A stretch of 64,000 nucleotides of DNA from assembly GCA_002709695.1 (NCBI GenBank), contig PAQF01000078.1, positions 48,351 to 112,350 of the forward strand, in the 5' to 3' direction. The notes beneath the pieces are model-generated. The model worked only from the letters and a program-made list of their open reading frames with translations. It was not told where the DNA came from and ran no database searches. Both the position numbers and the translations under genes were made by a program. Below are positions 28,506-37,896 of the stretch, piece by piece. Source of the DNA: Candidatus Poribacteria bacterium (GTDB lineage Bacteria > Poribacteria > WGA-4E > UBA9662). Numbering within the stretch: the stretch's first letter is position 1; every line of letters begins with the position of its first letter.

Positions 28506-29417
28506 TTAGAATCTCAAGTCGTTGATTGTCACTGAGAAAACTGAGGTTGATGATCCATATTTTCCATTGACGTAGGCATAATCAATGCGAAAGTTATTAA
28601 ACTGATAACCGAAACCCATAGTAGGGCCACGTGAAATCCCATGGGTGAAACGATAACCGAATTGTACGTTTACGTTTTGAATTAAGTATTCTAACCCAAT
28701 TAGAGGCGCTCCGTTAGCATAATCGATAGCGAGTGTTCCACGTGACATTTTCTTGGAAAGCAACCCAAGTTTGAACGCAATCCCAATGCCCAATTCATGG
28801 TTTAATGTTTCGTGATAAGATGTGGCTTCCGCGTTCTTTAATTTCTGTCGATTGTAATTGACGTGCGAGATTAGGTTTGGTAGGTTAAAACCGATTGCCA
28901 CTTGATCTTCCTGCATTGTATAAAGAACTCCAATATCAAGTGCAATGCCGCGACCTGATCCAACTCGGATTTCGTCTATACTAGCTGATGATGAAAGAAA
29001 CTCACAATTCAGGCCAATCTGGAAAGTTTCCCAGATTTTTTGAGCTATTGCTATATTCAATATGAGTTCTTGATACAGTTCTTCTAAATCGCTTGAGCTA
29101 AGCAAGCCAAACCCAATCCCATGATTCGGTTGAATTGGAATCGCCAGCGAAATGAAACTGTAGTTGACAAGGTCATGGATTTCGAAATAATTTAACCCCA
29201 ATTCTGGGCGGTTTAAGCCAACTAAGCCGGAGGGGTTCCATGTAATTGCGTTGGCTCCCGTGGCTAAAGCAGTATACGAACCTCCCATTCCCATTGGTCG
29301 TGCAGAAATTCCCACATTTTCAAAAGCAGCATCAAGATAAGTCTGTGAGAAGAAGATCAGGAAGATTATAGAAATAAATGGGCTTCGATTTGTATCTGTT
29401 TTCAGTTGAGTCGCCAT
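28506..29417 (-). CDS. Outer-membrane beta-barrel protein, FadL/TodX/PorV-like (second paralog, 1-nt gap from the previous gene)
   Basis: Signal peptide. ARPMGMGGSYTALATGANAITWNPSGL N-terminal motif. C-terminal ...INDLRF. Confidence 0.45.
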   Translation of the reverse strand: MATQLKTDTNRSPFISIIFLIFFSQTYLDAAFENVGISARPMGMGGSYTALATGANAITWNPSGLVGLNRPELGLNYFEIHDLVNYSFISLAIPIQPNHGIGFGLLSSSDLEELYQELILNIAIAQKIWETFQIGLNCEFLSSSASIDEIRVGSGRGIALDIGVLYTMQEDQVAIGFNLPNLISHVNYNRQKLKNAEATSYHETLNHELGIGIAFKLGLLSKKMSRGTLAIDYANGAPLIGLEYLIQNVNVQFGYRFTHGISRGPTMGFGYQFNNFRIDYAYVNGKYGSSTSVFSVTINDLRF

Positions 29418-29578
29418 TTTTAGCTCAATTTAGATGTGGTAAGCTCGATGGTAAATCTACTAAATTATAAATTCGATCTATAATGAATCGCAAGCTAAGC
29501 TACAATTCGTTCTTGACAAGCTAGCACTTAACTATATATTATGATGGCTTAGTTTGGAATTATGTTTGTAAATTTTAT

Positions 29579-29872
29579 GTGAAGGATTATATGTCACAGT
29601 TCCGGCAAAAGATACTTGTTCTTTACTTACACACACCGAATTTGGACAGTCATGTTGTTGCTTGGTCAGAGTATGATGGTACAGGCAAATCCCATGCTAC
29701 GACAGGAGATAGCGATCAGCCACCATATAATTCTGTTCTTTCTGCTATGAAGGATGGTTGGCGGGTAGTACAATTTCCACAGCAATTCCCTGCCCACCCA
29801 GGTATGGAATACCAGACTGCATATCTCAGGTTTGAATACATCCTTGAAAAAATGGAGAAGATTGATGATTAA
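29579..29872 (+). CDS. Hypothetical small protein (97 aa), translationally coupled to the downstream PhyH-like gene
   Basis: The ORF's stop TAA overlaps the ATG of the next gene (ATGATTAA at 29865..29872). No motif recognised. Existence is uncertain. Confidence 0.3.
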   Translation: MKDYMSQFRQKILVLYLHTPNLDSHVVAWSEYDGTGKSHATTGDSDQPPYNSVLSAMKDGWRVVQFPQQFPAHPGMEYQTAYLRFEYILEKMEKIDD

Positions 29873-30680
29873 CAACGACTATCTCTTAGATTCTAAACAG
29901 ATGGCTGATTTCGTTGCTGATGGTTTTTTACGATTTGATGAACTTGTTCCTAAAGAGTTAAACGAAACTGCTCATAAGGCTATGGAAGATAGGACCATTC
30001 AAGGTGGCAGAGCAGGTCTGCCATTTAGCCAAATATGGACTCAAGATTCTCCAATGCGCAGGATCTTCGATATGCCTGAAGTCCAAGGGATTGTCCATAG
30101 TATGGTTGGGCCAGACCCCTTGTACGATCACCAAGCTATTCATATTGTTAATGCTGGAAATCATAGCGGGCAGATTTGGCATGGAGATGCTATTATTGAC
30201 ACACGCATGCATTTTGACATTCAATTTTTTTATTTTTCTCATGATACACCGCGTGAAATGGGTGGAACTATGATATTACCGGGTAGTCACTATAGGCGGA
30301 TTTGTGAGACAGACATCGCACGATATCAGAATTTCTTGGGACAACTACCTGCTGTTTGTAAAGCTGGCACAATTATGGTAGTCCACCATGGTATGTGGCA
30401 TTGTGCCCAACCGAATTTGACTGACCAGACGCGATATATGTTTAAACTGAGGCTGAATCCAACAGTGCGTCAGGTACGACTCTGGAACACAGATGACGTT
30501 GATGACCCTTCCATTCCCAGTCTGTTAAGCAAAAATCACAAATGGTATGGGAATGATGTCCGCCTTGAATTTGTCAACCGAATTAAATTCTGGCGGTTTT
30601 TAACAGGTAATGAACAGTTTGACATGGGATATTGGTTGTCCCGTTTGGAAAATACGCCCGACAATATCGCTGTTGCGTAG
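29865..30680 (+). CDS. Phytanoyl-CoA dioxygenase (PhyH) family Fe(II)/2-oxoglutarate-dependent oxygenase
   Basis: HxD...H facial triad candidates (IWHGDAIID ... HHGMWHCAQPN) and PhyH-like length. The start is moved to the ATG at 29865 (MINNDYLL), not the listed 29832, which overlaps the upstream ORF. Confidence 0.6.
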   Translation: MINNDYLLDSKQMADFVADGFLRFDELVPKELNETAHKAMEDRTIQGGRAGLPFSQIWTQDSPMRRIFDMPEVQGIVHSMVGPDPLYDHQAIHIVNAGNHSGQIWHGDAIIDTRMHFDIQFFYFSHDTPREMGGTMILPGSHYRRICETDIARYQNFLGQLPAVCKAGTIMVVHHGMWHCAQPNLTDQTRYMFKLRLNPTVRQVRLWNTDDVDDPSIPSLLSKNHKWYGNDVRLEFVNRIKFWRFLTGNEQFDMGYWLSRLENTPDNIAVA

Positions 30681-31035
30681 AATTCAGTCAATCTTTGGAA
30701 GATAAATGTATCGTGAACAAACAATCATAATGGAACGTAATCGATTTTTTGTTAATGGATGTGTCATACATGTTAAATCTTTAGAAAAACACGTGGAACC
30801 TCAAAGAAACAAAATAGATTTGACTCCAGGGCAAGCAGGTGGTAGTTAAATTTGGTTCGGGCTGTAATTTGGGAATGTCATTTGAAATCTATTCCCTGAT
30901 TTTGAAAATTGGCATTTTTCCGTTGAATATGAAAGTATTATCTTTAAAGTCTGGGTGTTTTTATTAGAAAGTGAATTGTCGTTTGCCATTGTTTTTGCGA
31001 TACTGACGTGACGGTTTTTGTGCAAATCTGAATTG

Positions 31036-31317
31036 ATGAATAATATTGCTAAGTTTTTGATAAATGGAACACTCGATCTCCACACGTTCCATCCAAGCGA
31101 TGTAAAAGCTCTCGTTCCTGATTACTTGATCGAGTGCAAAAAAATTGGAATATATGATGTTCGTATTATTCACGGAAAAGGAACGGGGGTATTGAGAGGA
31201 ATTGTTCACTCAGTACTATCGGAGCTAAGCTATGTTGCCCATTTTCAGCTCGCAGGTGAAAGTGAAGGCGCTTGGGGAGCTACTTTGGTTACTCTCAAGC
31301 GAATAGCTTCGCCATGA
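31036..31317 (+). CDS. Smr (small MutS-related) domain protein, standalone
   Basis: LDLHTF...DVRIIHGKGTGVLRGIV matches the Smr motif (LDLHG...HGKG). About 93 aa from the ATG at 31036. Confidence 0.55.
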   Translation: MNNIAKFLINGTLDLHTFHPSDVKALVPDYLIECKKIGIYDVRIIHGKGTGVLRGIVHSVLSELSYVAHFQLAGESEGAWGATLVTLKRIASP

Positions 31318-31475
31318 TACTCGTTTAATTATTGTTTGTTTTGGTTTTGAGATTTGGTGTGTCCATGTTTGCTTATAAAGGTGATGATATGTTATAATCG
31401 GCGATTGGGCTCGAGAGAAGTCGGATTTTGATTGAATCTAACTTATTGCAAGGAAAAAATTACAAGGAAAAAAAC

Positions 31476-32537
31476 ATGACACGATTAAAAGTCGCGCGTT
31501 ATACGCTAGCTATTTTGCTATTAGCTCCGCTAGTTAGTATGTCACAGACTGCTGTTTTGGTTGATCCGTCTGTTGTAGAGTCGCCAGCTGTGGGTGCGGA
31601 TCTAGAGGTAGGTATCAAAATTAGCCAAGGTAGTAATGTTGCTGGATATCAGTTCACACTAGAATTTGACAATACTGCTCTTGAGTATATTACTATTGTT
31701 AATGCGAATTTTTTGCCGGCGGGAGCATTTGCAATTCCGCCGAAGGTTAATGGAGGCAAAGTCACTTTAGCTGCAACTTCATTGGCAGGAGGAACAAGCG
31801 GCGATGGAACGTTGGCTAAAGCAACTTTTAAAATTCTTAAAAAATCGGATTCTGCACTTAAGCTTTCGGGTGTTAAGCTCTCAGATCCAGATGCGAACGC
31901 GATTACATCGAAATCTATAAATGGTAAGGTGGCAGCGGAACTTGCGTCTGTTATAACCAAACGACCGTTCGGAGGTCAGTCTCTAAAACTTAGTGCTCAG
32001 GTTACCAAAGCGGGTTCTCCAGTGACTGCACTGAAGGCTGTTTCTCAGGATGCAGGTATTGCTAAGGCAGGAACATTCATAGAGTATCAAGTAAAGTTCT
32101 CAAATTTGAGCGCTTTGAAAGTCGGCGGTGTTTACGTTCATACCTCCGACGGCCAAGTCATTGGTCCCTCGGATCCCGCTAAGGGAATGCGTTTGCAAGC
32201 TGATGAAGATGGTGGTTGGATCCATAGTAGGTTATCTTTAACCCCTGTTGAAGGTAAGCAAATTGCTGCTATTACCGTTGGAACCAAAGTTGATTCGGCT
32301 CCAGCTGGTCTATTCAGCATGTTTATTGACAACATACAGATGACTGATGGAAATAAAACGTTACAACCTATATGGCTTTCTTCTGCTAATGCAGGAGATA
32401 CAGTAGCAGCTGAGCCTTACGGTGATCTGGTTGGTGTTGAAAGTCTTGATGTTGGTGTTAGTGATGATGTAAAGATTGCTGTTGAACCAAAGAACAAGGT
32501 TGTCACAATTTGGGGGAAAATCAAGAGTGTGAAGTAG
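31476..32537 (+). CDS. Secreted protein with a cohesin-like / Ig-like beta-sandwich region
   Basis: Signal peptide MTRLKVARYTLAILLLAPLVSMSQT. LEVGIKISQGSNVAGYQFTLEFDNTALEYI resembles cohesin-type domains. Weak assignment. Confidence 0.35.
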   Translation: MTRLKVARYTLAILLLAPLVSMSQTAVLVDPSVVESPAVGADLEVGIKISQGSNVAGYQFTLEFDNTALEYITIVNANFLPAGAFAIPPKVNGGKVTLAATSLAGGTSGDGTLAKATFKILKKSDSALKLSGVKLSDPDANAITSKSINGKVAAELASVITKRPFGGQSLKLSAQVTKAGSPVTALKAVSQDAGIAKAGTFIEYQVKFSNLSALKVGGVYVHTSDGQVIGPSDPAKGMRLQADEDGGWIHSRLSLTPVEGKQIAAITVGTKVDSAPAGLFSMFIDNIQMTDGNKTLQPIWLSSANAGDTVAAEPYGDLVGVESLDVGVSDDVKIAVEPKNKVVTIWGKIKSVK

Positions 32538-32714
32538 TTTCTGATTTTGAAGTAACCCTTTAAACTGCATGAAAAATCCTAGTCTGCTAAACGATTGGGA
32601 TTTTTTTTTGATCTGATTTTAGCTTTGGGTCAATCTCCTCTTGACACGATATCCGGCCTTTGCTATGATATTTGGGCTTTCTAATTGTCTTTCCTGCCTA
32701 ATATAAGGATAACT

Positions 32715-34655
32715 ATGAAGATCTCAAAATTCCTGGTCCTCTTATTGGTTTTGGCTACCATGCCGATTGTGTCTGTGGCTGATAAAGCCTTTAGACATGT
32801 CTCTGGAAATGTTGATGTTTCAGTTACAGATTTCGGATCATTTACAGCATTTAGAGGAGGAGGGTTTGCTGATAATTTCGAGTATCCTAAAGGAAGCGGT
32901 AAATACTATCTTCAACAGTTTTCCGAAATCTGGATTGGCGATGCAAAGGGGAACGTTGCAACAGCTTGGAACTTAACTAACAAGGGCGTTGCCCCTCTTT
33001 CAGGGAACTGGCGTACAACGGAGACGGGGGAGGTTACGCTGGATCCCAAGCCAGACGGGCGGCAAATTGTAAATGCGCAGTATGATTCACATCGTATAAA
33101 AGGGTTTCCACTTGACTTGCTTGTTGATCAACAAAGTTTTTCATGGTCGAGCAAAAATTATCCGGAATACGATGATTTTCTGATTTTGAAGTTAACAATT
33201 ACAAATCCTAGTGCGGTGAATCTCAAGGGTATTTATGTTGCTCTTAGTACGAATTGGAATGTAGATGGTGAGGATATGAAAAAAGGACAACTGAGTACCG
33301 ACATGATGGATTGGAACGCAGAAAATCGTATGCTCTTTGCCTTTGATGCTGATAGTAAGGATGGTCTAGATCCTGTTCATGTTGGTACATCGCTAATTAG
33401 TGGGAATGTGGCTGCTCACCAAATCTATACTTTTAGAAATATTAAAGGGCAAGTAGATGTTGGTGTGTTTAATGACGCGAATCGGTCACTCTTTATGTCG
33501 AACCCTAATTTCTTGGTTGCTAAGCGGATTGGAGGTCGATCCAGAGCAGATTTAATCAAATTCAAGTTTCCACCATGGGATTATATTGGAATCTTGTCGT
33601 CGGGGCCACATACTATCCGAGCGGGCAAATCCATTTCGGTTACGTTTGCATTGGTTGCTGGTAAGAGTTTATCAGAGCTAAAACAGAATGCTAGTAATGC
33701 CAAAAGGATTGCATATGCTTCGCCTGACATTACGGCAAAGGTTGTCAAAGGAGGTGTGGAAATTGCCTGGGAGAAACCGATTAGCTTTGTTGGAGGGTAT
33801 CAATTATTTCGTAGAATCGAAGGAGATGAAATATTTGAACAGATCGGTCCTCGTATTATAGAAGGTGCTGTTTTCCCTGATACAGATGTTCAATATGGCG
33901 TTGAATATACATATAGAGTCTCAGCCGTTGATTATAAAGGTACACCAATAGAGTCTTATTCCAAAGAAGTAACAGTCATGCCTGATTTTATTCCCGATCC
34001 ACCGGTTGGGATGACTGGAGAATTTACTACAGAAGGTAACTACTTTCTATTAAGATTGCCTGAACCCACTCAGAAAATCAGTCAGTATATCATATACCGT
34101 AACCATACCGGAGAACCGCCTTGGACACCAATAGCCAAAGTTAAGCCAGATACAAAGAATTTTACCGACACGAATATCTACCCGGAGTACCAGTATTTTT
34201 ATGCATTAGCGGGAACTAATCGATCTGGTGATATTGGCGATATTGCTGTAATGCTAGACCCTGAGACTGAGGAACCTATCAGTTTGGAGATTGTTGCGGC
34301 GCCAAAATCTACTGCTAAGCTGGATTTGAAGGAGGTTATCGTTTATCCAAATCCATTTCAGATCAGCCGGCATGAGACCATGGTCTTTGATCATTTAACT
34401 GCTCGTGCAATGATTTATATCTATGATGGGTCAGGTGCTTTGGTTCAGCAATTAGAACACATTGATAAAAGTCCCCGCCTAGAATGGGATCTTAGGAATT
34501 GGGGTGGTGTGCCTTTATCATCCGGAGTTTATATCTATTATATCGAGGACATTGGTTCTGTAAAGACTCATGATCTAGATAATGACGAATTACTACCTCA
34601 CCCTTGGCAAATTGAAAAACATACACATACTGGCAAGTTTGTTGTAATTAACTAG
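32715..34655 (+). CDS. Secreted protein carrying a type IX secretion system C-terminal sorting domain (T9SS CTD, type A)
   Basis: Signal peptide MKISKFLVLLLVLATMPIVSVA. The C-terminal ~100 aa (VYPNPFQISRHETMVF...IYIYDGSGALVQQL...WDLRNWGGVPLSSGVYIYYIED...GKFVVIN) match the T9SS CTD consensus. Confidence 0.6.
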   Translation: MKISKFLVLLLVLATMPIVSVADKAFRHVSGNVDVSVTDFGSFTAFRGGGFADNFEYPKGSGKYYLQQFSEIWIGDAKGNVATAWNLTNKGVAPLSGNWRTTETGEVTLDPKPDGRQIVNAQYDSHRIKGFPLDLLVDQQSFSWSSKNYPEYDDFLILKLTITNPSAVNLKGIYVALSTNWNVDGEDMKKGQLSTDMMDWNAENRMLFAFDADSKDGLDPVHVGTSLISGNVAAHQIYTFRNIKGQVDVGVFNDANRSLFMSNPNFLVAKRIGGRSRADLIKFKFPPWDYIGILSSGPHTIRAGKSISVTFALVAGKSLSELKQNASNAKRIAYASPDITAKVVKGGVEIAWEKPISFVGGYQLFRRIEGDEIFEQIGPRIIEGAVFPDTDVQYGVEYTYRVSAVDYKGTPIESYSKEVTVMPDFIPDPPVGMTGEFTTEGNYFLLRLPEPTQKISQYIIYRNHTGEPPWTPIAKVKPDTKNFTDTNIYPEYQYFYALAGTNRSGDIGDIAVMLDPETEEPISLEIVAAPKSTAKLDLKEVIVYPNPFQISRHETMVFDHLTARAMIYIYDGSGALVQQLEHIDKSPRLEWDLRNWGGVPLSSGVYIYYIEDIGSVKTHDLDNDELLPHPWQIEKHTHTGKFVVIN

Positions 34656-34715
34656 GAACAGAATTTTTATCTTTGCTTGACAATCTAGGTAGTGACCGAT
34701 ATAATTGCAGGCTAT

Positions 34716-34798
34716 GCCCCTGTGGTGGAATTGGTATACACGGCAGGTTGAGGGCCTGTGTCTTCTTAGGCGTGCTGGTTCGAGTCCAGTCGGGGGCA
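34716..34798 (+). tRNA. tRNA-Leu (anticodon GAG), type II with long variable arm; no encoded CCA
   Basis: Folded manually. Acceptor GCCCCUG/CGGGGGC with an A discriminator. Anticodon stem GCAGG/CCUGU, loop UUGAGGG (GAG, G37). Variable arm ~14 nt. T-arm GCUGG-UUCGAGU-CCAGU. Confidence 0.8.
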
Positions 34799-34838
34799 CT
34801 CTTAGGATGTTGAAGGGTTGATTAGCCTTTTTTAATAT

Positions 34839-36629
34839 CTACTTTTTAAGTGCATAAATCTGGTAGGTTTGGTTGATTACGTTTTCAGCTTTTGCTTCAA
34901 AAACAAGATCGTAATTATGATCCTGCTTTGTAATACTGACCAAATATGGTATCCCTCCTGCAGCTCGAACTTGCGTGGCTAATTTTTGCAAATCCCTATC
35001 TACTATTTTTTGTTTGGCGTCTCTTGTGGTTGTTTGATAAACTGAGCGATCTGCGTAAAACATAAGATAGAAGTGGGTTCCATGGTCTGGATGATCTAAA
35101 AAGAAACATGCATTTTGAGGGAAATCAGTTCTGATTTTTTTGCCAATTGTTTGATACAGTGGGTGATTTACATTTTTGTTGGTCACAGCAATTGAGGAAT
35201 CAATATATCCTTGTGCGTATAAGATTGAGATTCCTAGCACAGAAAAACGGAGGGAAAGCCACAACCATTTTTGCCATCTGAATCGATGGGTAAGTTGACG
35301 ACAAAGAAACAGACCTCCCAAAATAATTCCGAATACCAAGAGTTGTTTTATAATCCAAAAGTTCGTTTCAAGGTATGGTGCCAATTTATTGAGTTTATCA
35401 AACTGGTCTCGGCCTTTAACTAAACTTGTTCCTCCTTTTATAATTGTGGTTGATAGTGTTAGTGCGAACCAAGATGCTGTGTACACCCAGTCATTTTTTC
35501 GCCATGATTTGCTTATGATTACTGATAGGCAAATGACTATCGCAGGGGTTGCAATCATTGTTGCAGATGGTGTTTTAGTTAAAGCGTAAGAATGTGGCAC
35601 GATTACGCCAACTACCCAAGCTGAAATGAAGAATTCCCCAAAGGACCGATTTTTGAATGTTGTAAAGATAAGGCATAAAACAGCGCCAATCACAATAGTA
35701 TAAATGATTGGGTAGAACTGGATCATGTAGTCAAAAATTGGTCGATCCCAAGTTGCCCCCCAGCTTTCTACGTCTGTAGATAAGTGATCCAAGACACGCT
35801 TATGTTCCCATATATATTCCTTAGGATGCTTAATTAGGCAGTAAGCTGTCCATGGTGTTACCGTTAGGATTGAGGACAATAACTGTACAATAATATCACG
35901 CAGTTTAATTCGTTCAGCTGGCAAATTTAGAATTTTGGTCCACCCAGCACCCCATATGACAATGGCGATACCAAATGTGATCAAAGCTAAGTAGCTTTTT
36001 GACAGATAAGCCAATCCTTGGGCAATACCACACAGGATGTATAACTTCAATGCACCACTTCGAATTGCTTGAATGAGCAACCAACATGATACTTCAACCC
36101 AGAATAAAAGTGCGATATCAATGTGGTCAGAGTAATTGTACCCATGGATTGAGCCAAATAGGAACGGGTTAAAGCCTTGTAGGAAAGCGGCTATTAGACC
36201 AGCTCGGCGGTCGAACAGATCGGTAGCAATTCGATACGTTATCCAAATGGCTATTGTTGCCAAGATAGCAGATGGTAATCGTAGAGCAAGGGTATTAACA
36301 CCTAATGCCCAATATGAAATAGCAATCTTCCACATAGCTAGTGGAGGTTTGTGCAACCAGATGTGATTCGCACCCCATCCTTTATAATCGTATGGAAGCC
36401 ATGGTTGGTCGTAGAGGGTAAAAGTGAGAGGGTGTTTAAGCAAGTTACGAGCAACGATTGCATGGAACCCTTCGTCCCAGTAGTGTATTGCAGTATGGCC
36501 GAGATTTCGTAGGATAGCTAGGAAGGAGGCTAACAAAACCCAAAATATTGCAAATTTTGCGTCAATACATTTGCTAACCCACTTATGATTGACAAAACAC
36601 TTGATGAGATTAGAAGTGAGCTTAATCAA
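34839..36629 (-). CDS. Glycosyltransferase family 39 (ArnT/PMT-like, GT-C fold) integral membrane protein
   Basis: 596 aa, >10 TM helices. N-terminal WDEGFHAIVARNLL...LHKPPL motif characteristic of the ArnT/PMT family. Confidence 0.7.
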   Translation of the reverse strand: MIKLTSNLIKCFVNHKWVSKCIDAKFAIFWVLLASFLAILRNLGHTAIHYWDEGFHAIVARNLLKHPLTFTLYDQPWLPYDYKGWGANHIWLHKPPLAMWKIAISYWALGVNTLALRLPSAILATIAIWITYRIATDLFDRRAGLIAAFLQGFNPFLFGSIHGYNYSDHIDIALLFWVEVSCWLLIQAIRSGALKLYILCGIAQGLAYLSKSYLALITFGIAIVIWGAGWTKILNLPAERIKLRDIIVQLLSSILTVTPWTAYCLIKHPKEYIWEHKRVLDHLSTDVESWGATWDRPIFDYMIQFYPIIYTIVIGAVLCLIFTTFKNRSFGEFFISAWVVGVIVPHSYALTKTPSATMIATPAIVICLSVIISKSWRKNDWVYTASWFALTLSTTIIKGGTSLVKGRDQFDKLNKLAPYLETNFWIIKQLLVFGIILGGLFLCRQLTHRFRWQKWLWLSLRFSVLGISILYAQGYIDSSIAVTNKNVNHPLYQTIGKKIRTDFPQNACFFLDHPDHGTHFYLMFYADRSVYQTTTRDAKQKIVDRDLQKLATQVRAAGGIPYLVSITKQDHNYDLVFEAKAENVINQTYQIYALKK

Positions 36630-36634
36630 TTCGT

Positions 36635-37804
36635 TTATGTGGTTTGTAGAATTTCCGTCAGAGTAGATATAAAGCGTTGGTTTTCTTCGGTAGTCCCAAT
36701 TGTAACGCGGATCGAGTTAGGGAATCCATAACCGGCTACGGGTCTAACAATCACACCTTTTTGTAATAATAAATCTGCTATTTTTTGACCGGAGCTATCA
36801 AAGTGAACTAGAATAAAGTTTCCTTCTGATGGTACGTAGTCGAGTCCTATACCATCGAAAAAATGGTATAGTTGAGTTTTCCCTTTTTCGTTAAGTTCTC
36901 GACTTTCTTTTACATGTTGATGATCCTTTAATGCTGCTTGAGCAGCGACCTGGGCCAGCGTATTACAGTTGAATGGTTGCCTAACTCGATTCATCAAGTC
37001 AATTATGGTTGGTGTTGATATACCGTAACCAATTCTTAGCCCTGCCAAACCATAGATTTTAGCAAACGTACGGGTGATAAGAATATTTTCTTTCTCATTA
37101 AGAATGTAATTGATGGTTTCTGGGTAATCTGGTCGGTCTATGTATTCACAATATGCTTCATCAAAAACGATTAGGATGTGTTTTGGAACCTGTTCCACCA
37201 GTTGTTCAACTTGGTCTTTGGTGACCATTGTGCCGGTTGGATTGTTCGGATTTGCCACAAAAATTACCTTTGTCCGATTAGTTATAGCATCTGCCATTGC
37301 TCCAAGGTCTTGATCAAAATTCAGCATTGGGATGATCACCGATTTGGCGCCACAAATCTTGGAAACAAGTTGGTAAACAACAAAGGCACTCTCTGAGAAT
37401 ATCACTTCGTTATTTGCCGAGATAAAAGTTTCACCGACAATTTGTAGGATTTCGTTAGAACCATTCCCCAAGATGAGATTTTTAGGTGAAACACTGAGAT
37501 GTTTAGCAAGATCCTGTTTTAGGTAATAGGTATTGCCGTCAGGGTACAAGTTAACGTTGAGCATCGCTTCTTTCATAGAGGCTATAGCTAGTGGCGATGG
37601 TCCTAGTGGATTCTCGTTAGAAGCGAGCTTGATAATGTTGTCTATACCAAGTGTACGTTGTACTTCTTCGATTGGTTTCCCACCTTGGTATGGCTGGATT
37701 TCGTCGATTCCTGTTTTGGGTTTCATCTTTTGGTCTTTGCCAACTTTTTGTACACTCAATACTGAGTTCAAAGTATCACGGATGATTGTAGGAGTCAAGC
37801 TCAA
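36635..37804 (-). CDS. hisC: Histidinol-phosphate aminotransferase
   Basis: KLASNENPLGPSP and the PLP-lysine region ...TFAKIYGLAGLRIGYG (class-II aminotransferase). The start may instead be an internal ATG (~37726). Confidence 0.8.
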   Translation of the reverse strand: MSLTPTIIRDTLNSVLSVQKVGKDQKMKPKTGIDEIQPYQGGKPIEEVQRTLGIDNIIKLASNENPLGPSPLAIASMKEAMLNVNLYPDGNTYYLKQDLAKHLSVSPKNLILGNGSNEILQIVGETFISANNEVIFSESAFVVYQLVSKICGAKSVIIPMLNFDQDLGAMADAITNRTKVIFVANPNNPTGTMVTKDQVEQLVEQVPKHILIVFDEAYCEYIDRPDYPETINYILNEKENILITRTFAKIYGLAGLRIGYGISTPTIIDLMNRVRQPFNCNTLAQVAAQAALKDHQHVKESRELNEKGKTQLYHFFDGIGLDYVPSEGNFILVHFDSSGQKIADLLLQKGVIVRPVAGYGFPNSIRVTIGTTEENQRFISTLTEILQTT

Positions 37805-37896
37805 ATGATTCGATTAAAGATGAAATGGATATGAATGAATTGATGTGCTATAATGATTTCGACAATCTATGAATCTAAAATTAAAAGGGGATTCAA

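Noticed and set aside
30846-31209. Minus-strand ORFs 30846..31085 and 30964..31209
   Set aside because: They overlap or are antisense to the Smr-domain gene and the AT-rich spacer. No RBS and Asn/Ser-rich junk translations.
34799-34838. Integration-site signature next to tRNA-Leu
   Set aside because: There is no integrase gene, no direct repeat of the tRNA 3' end, and no compositional shift nearby. The tRNA simply sits between convergent genes.
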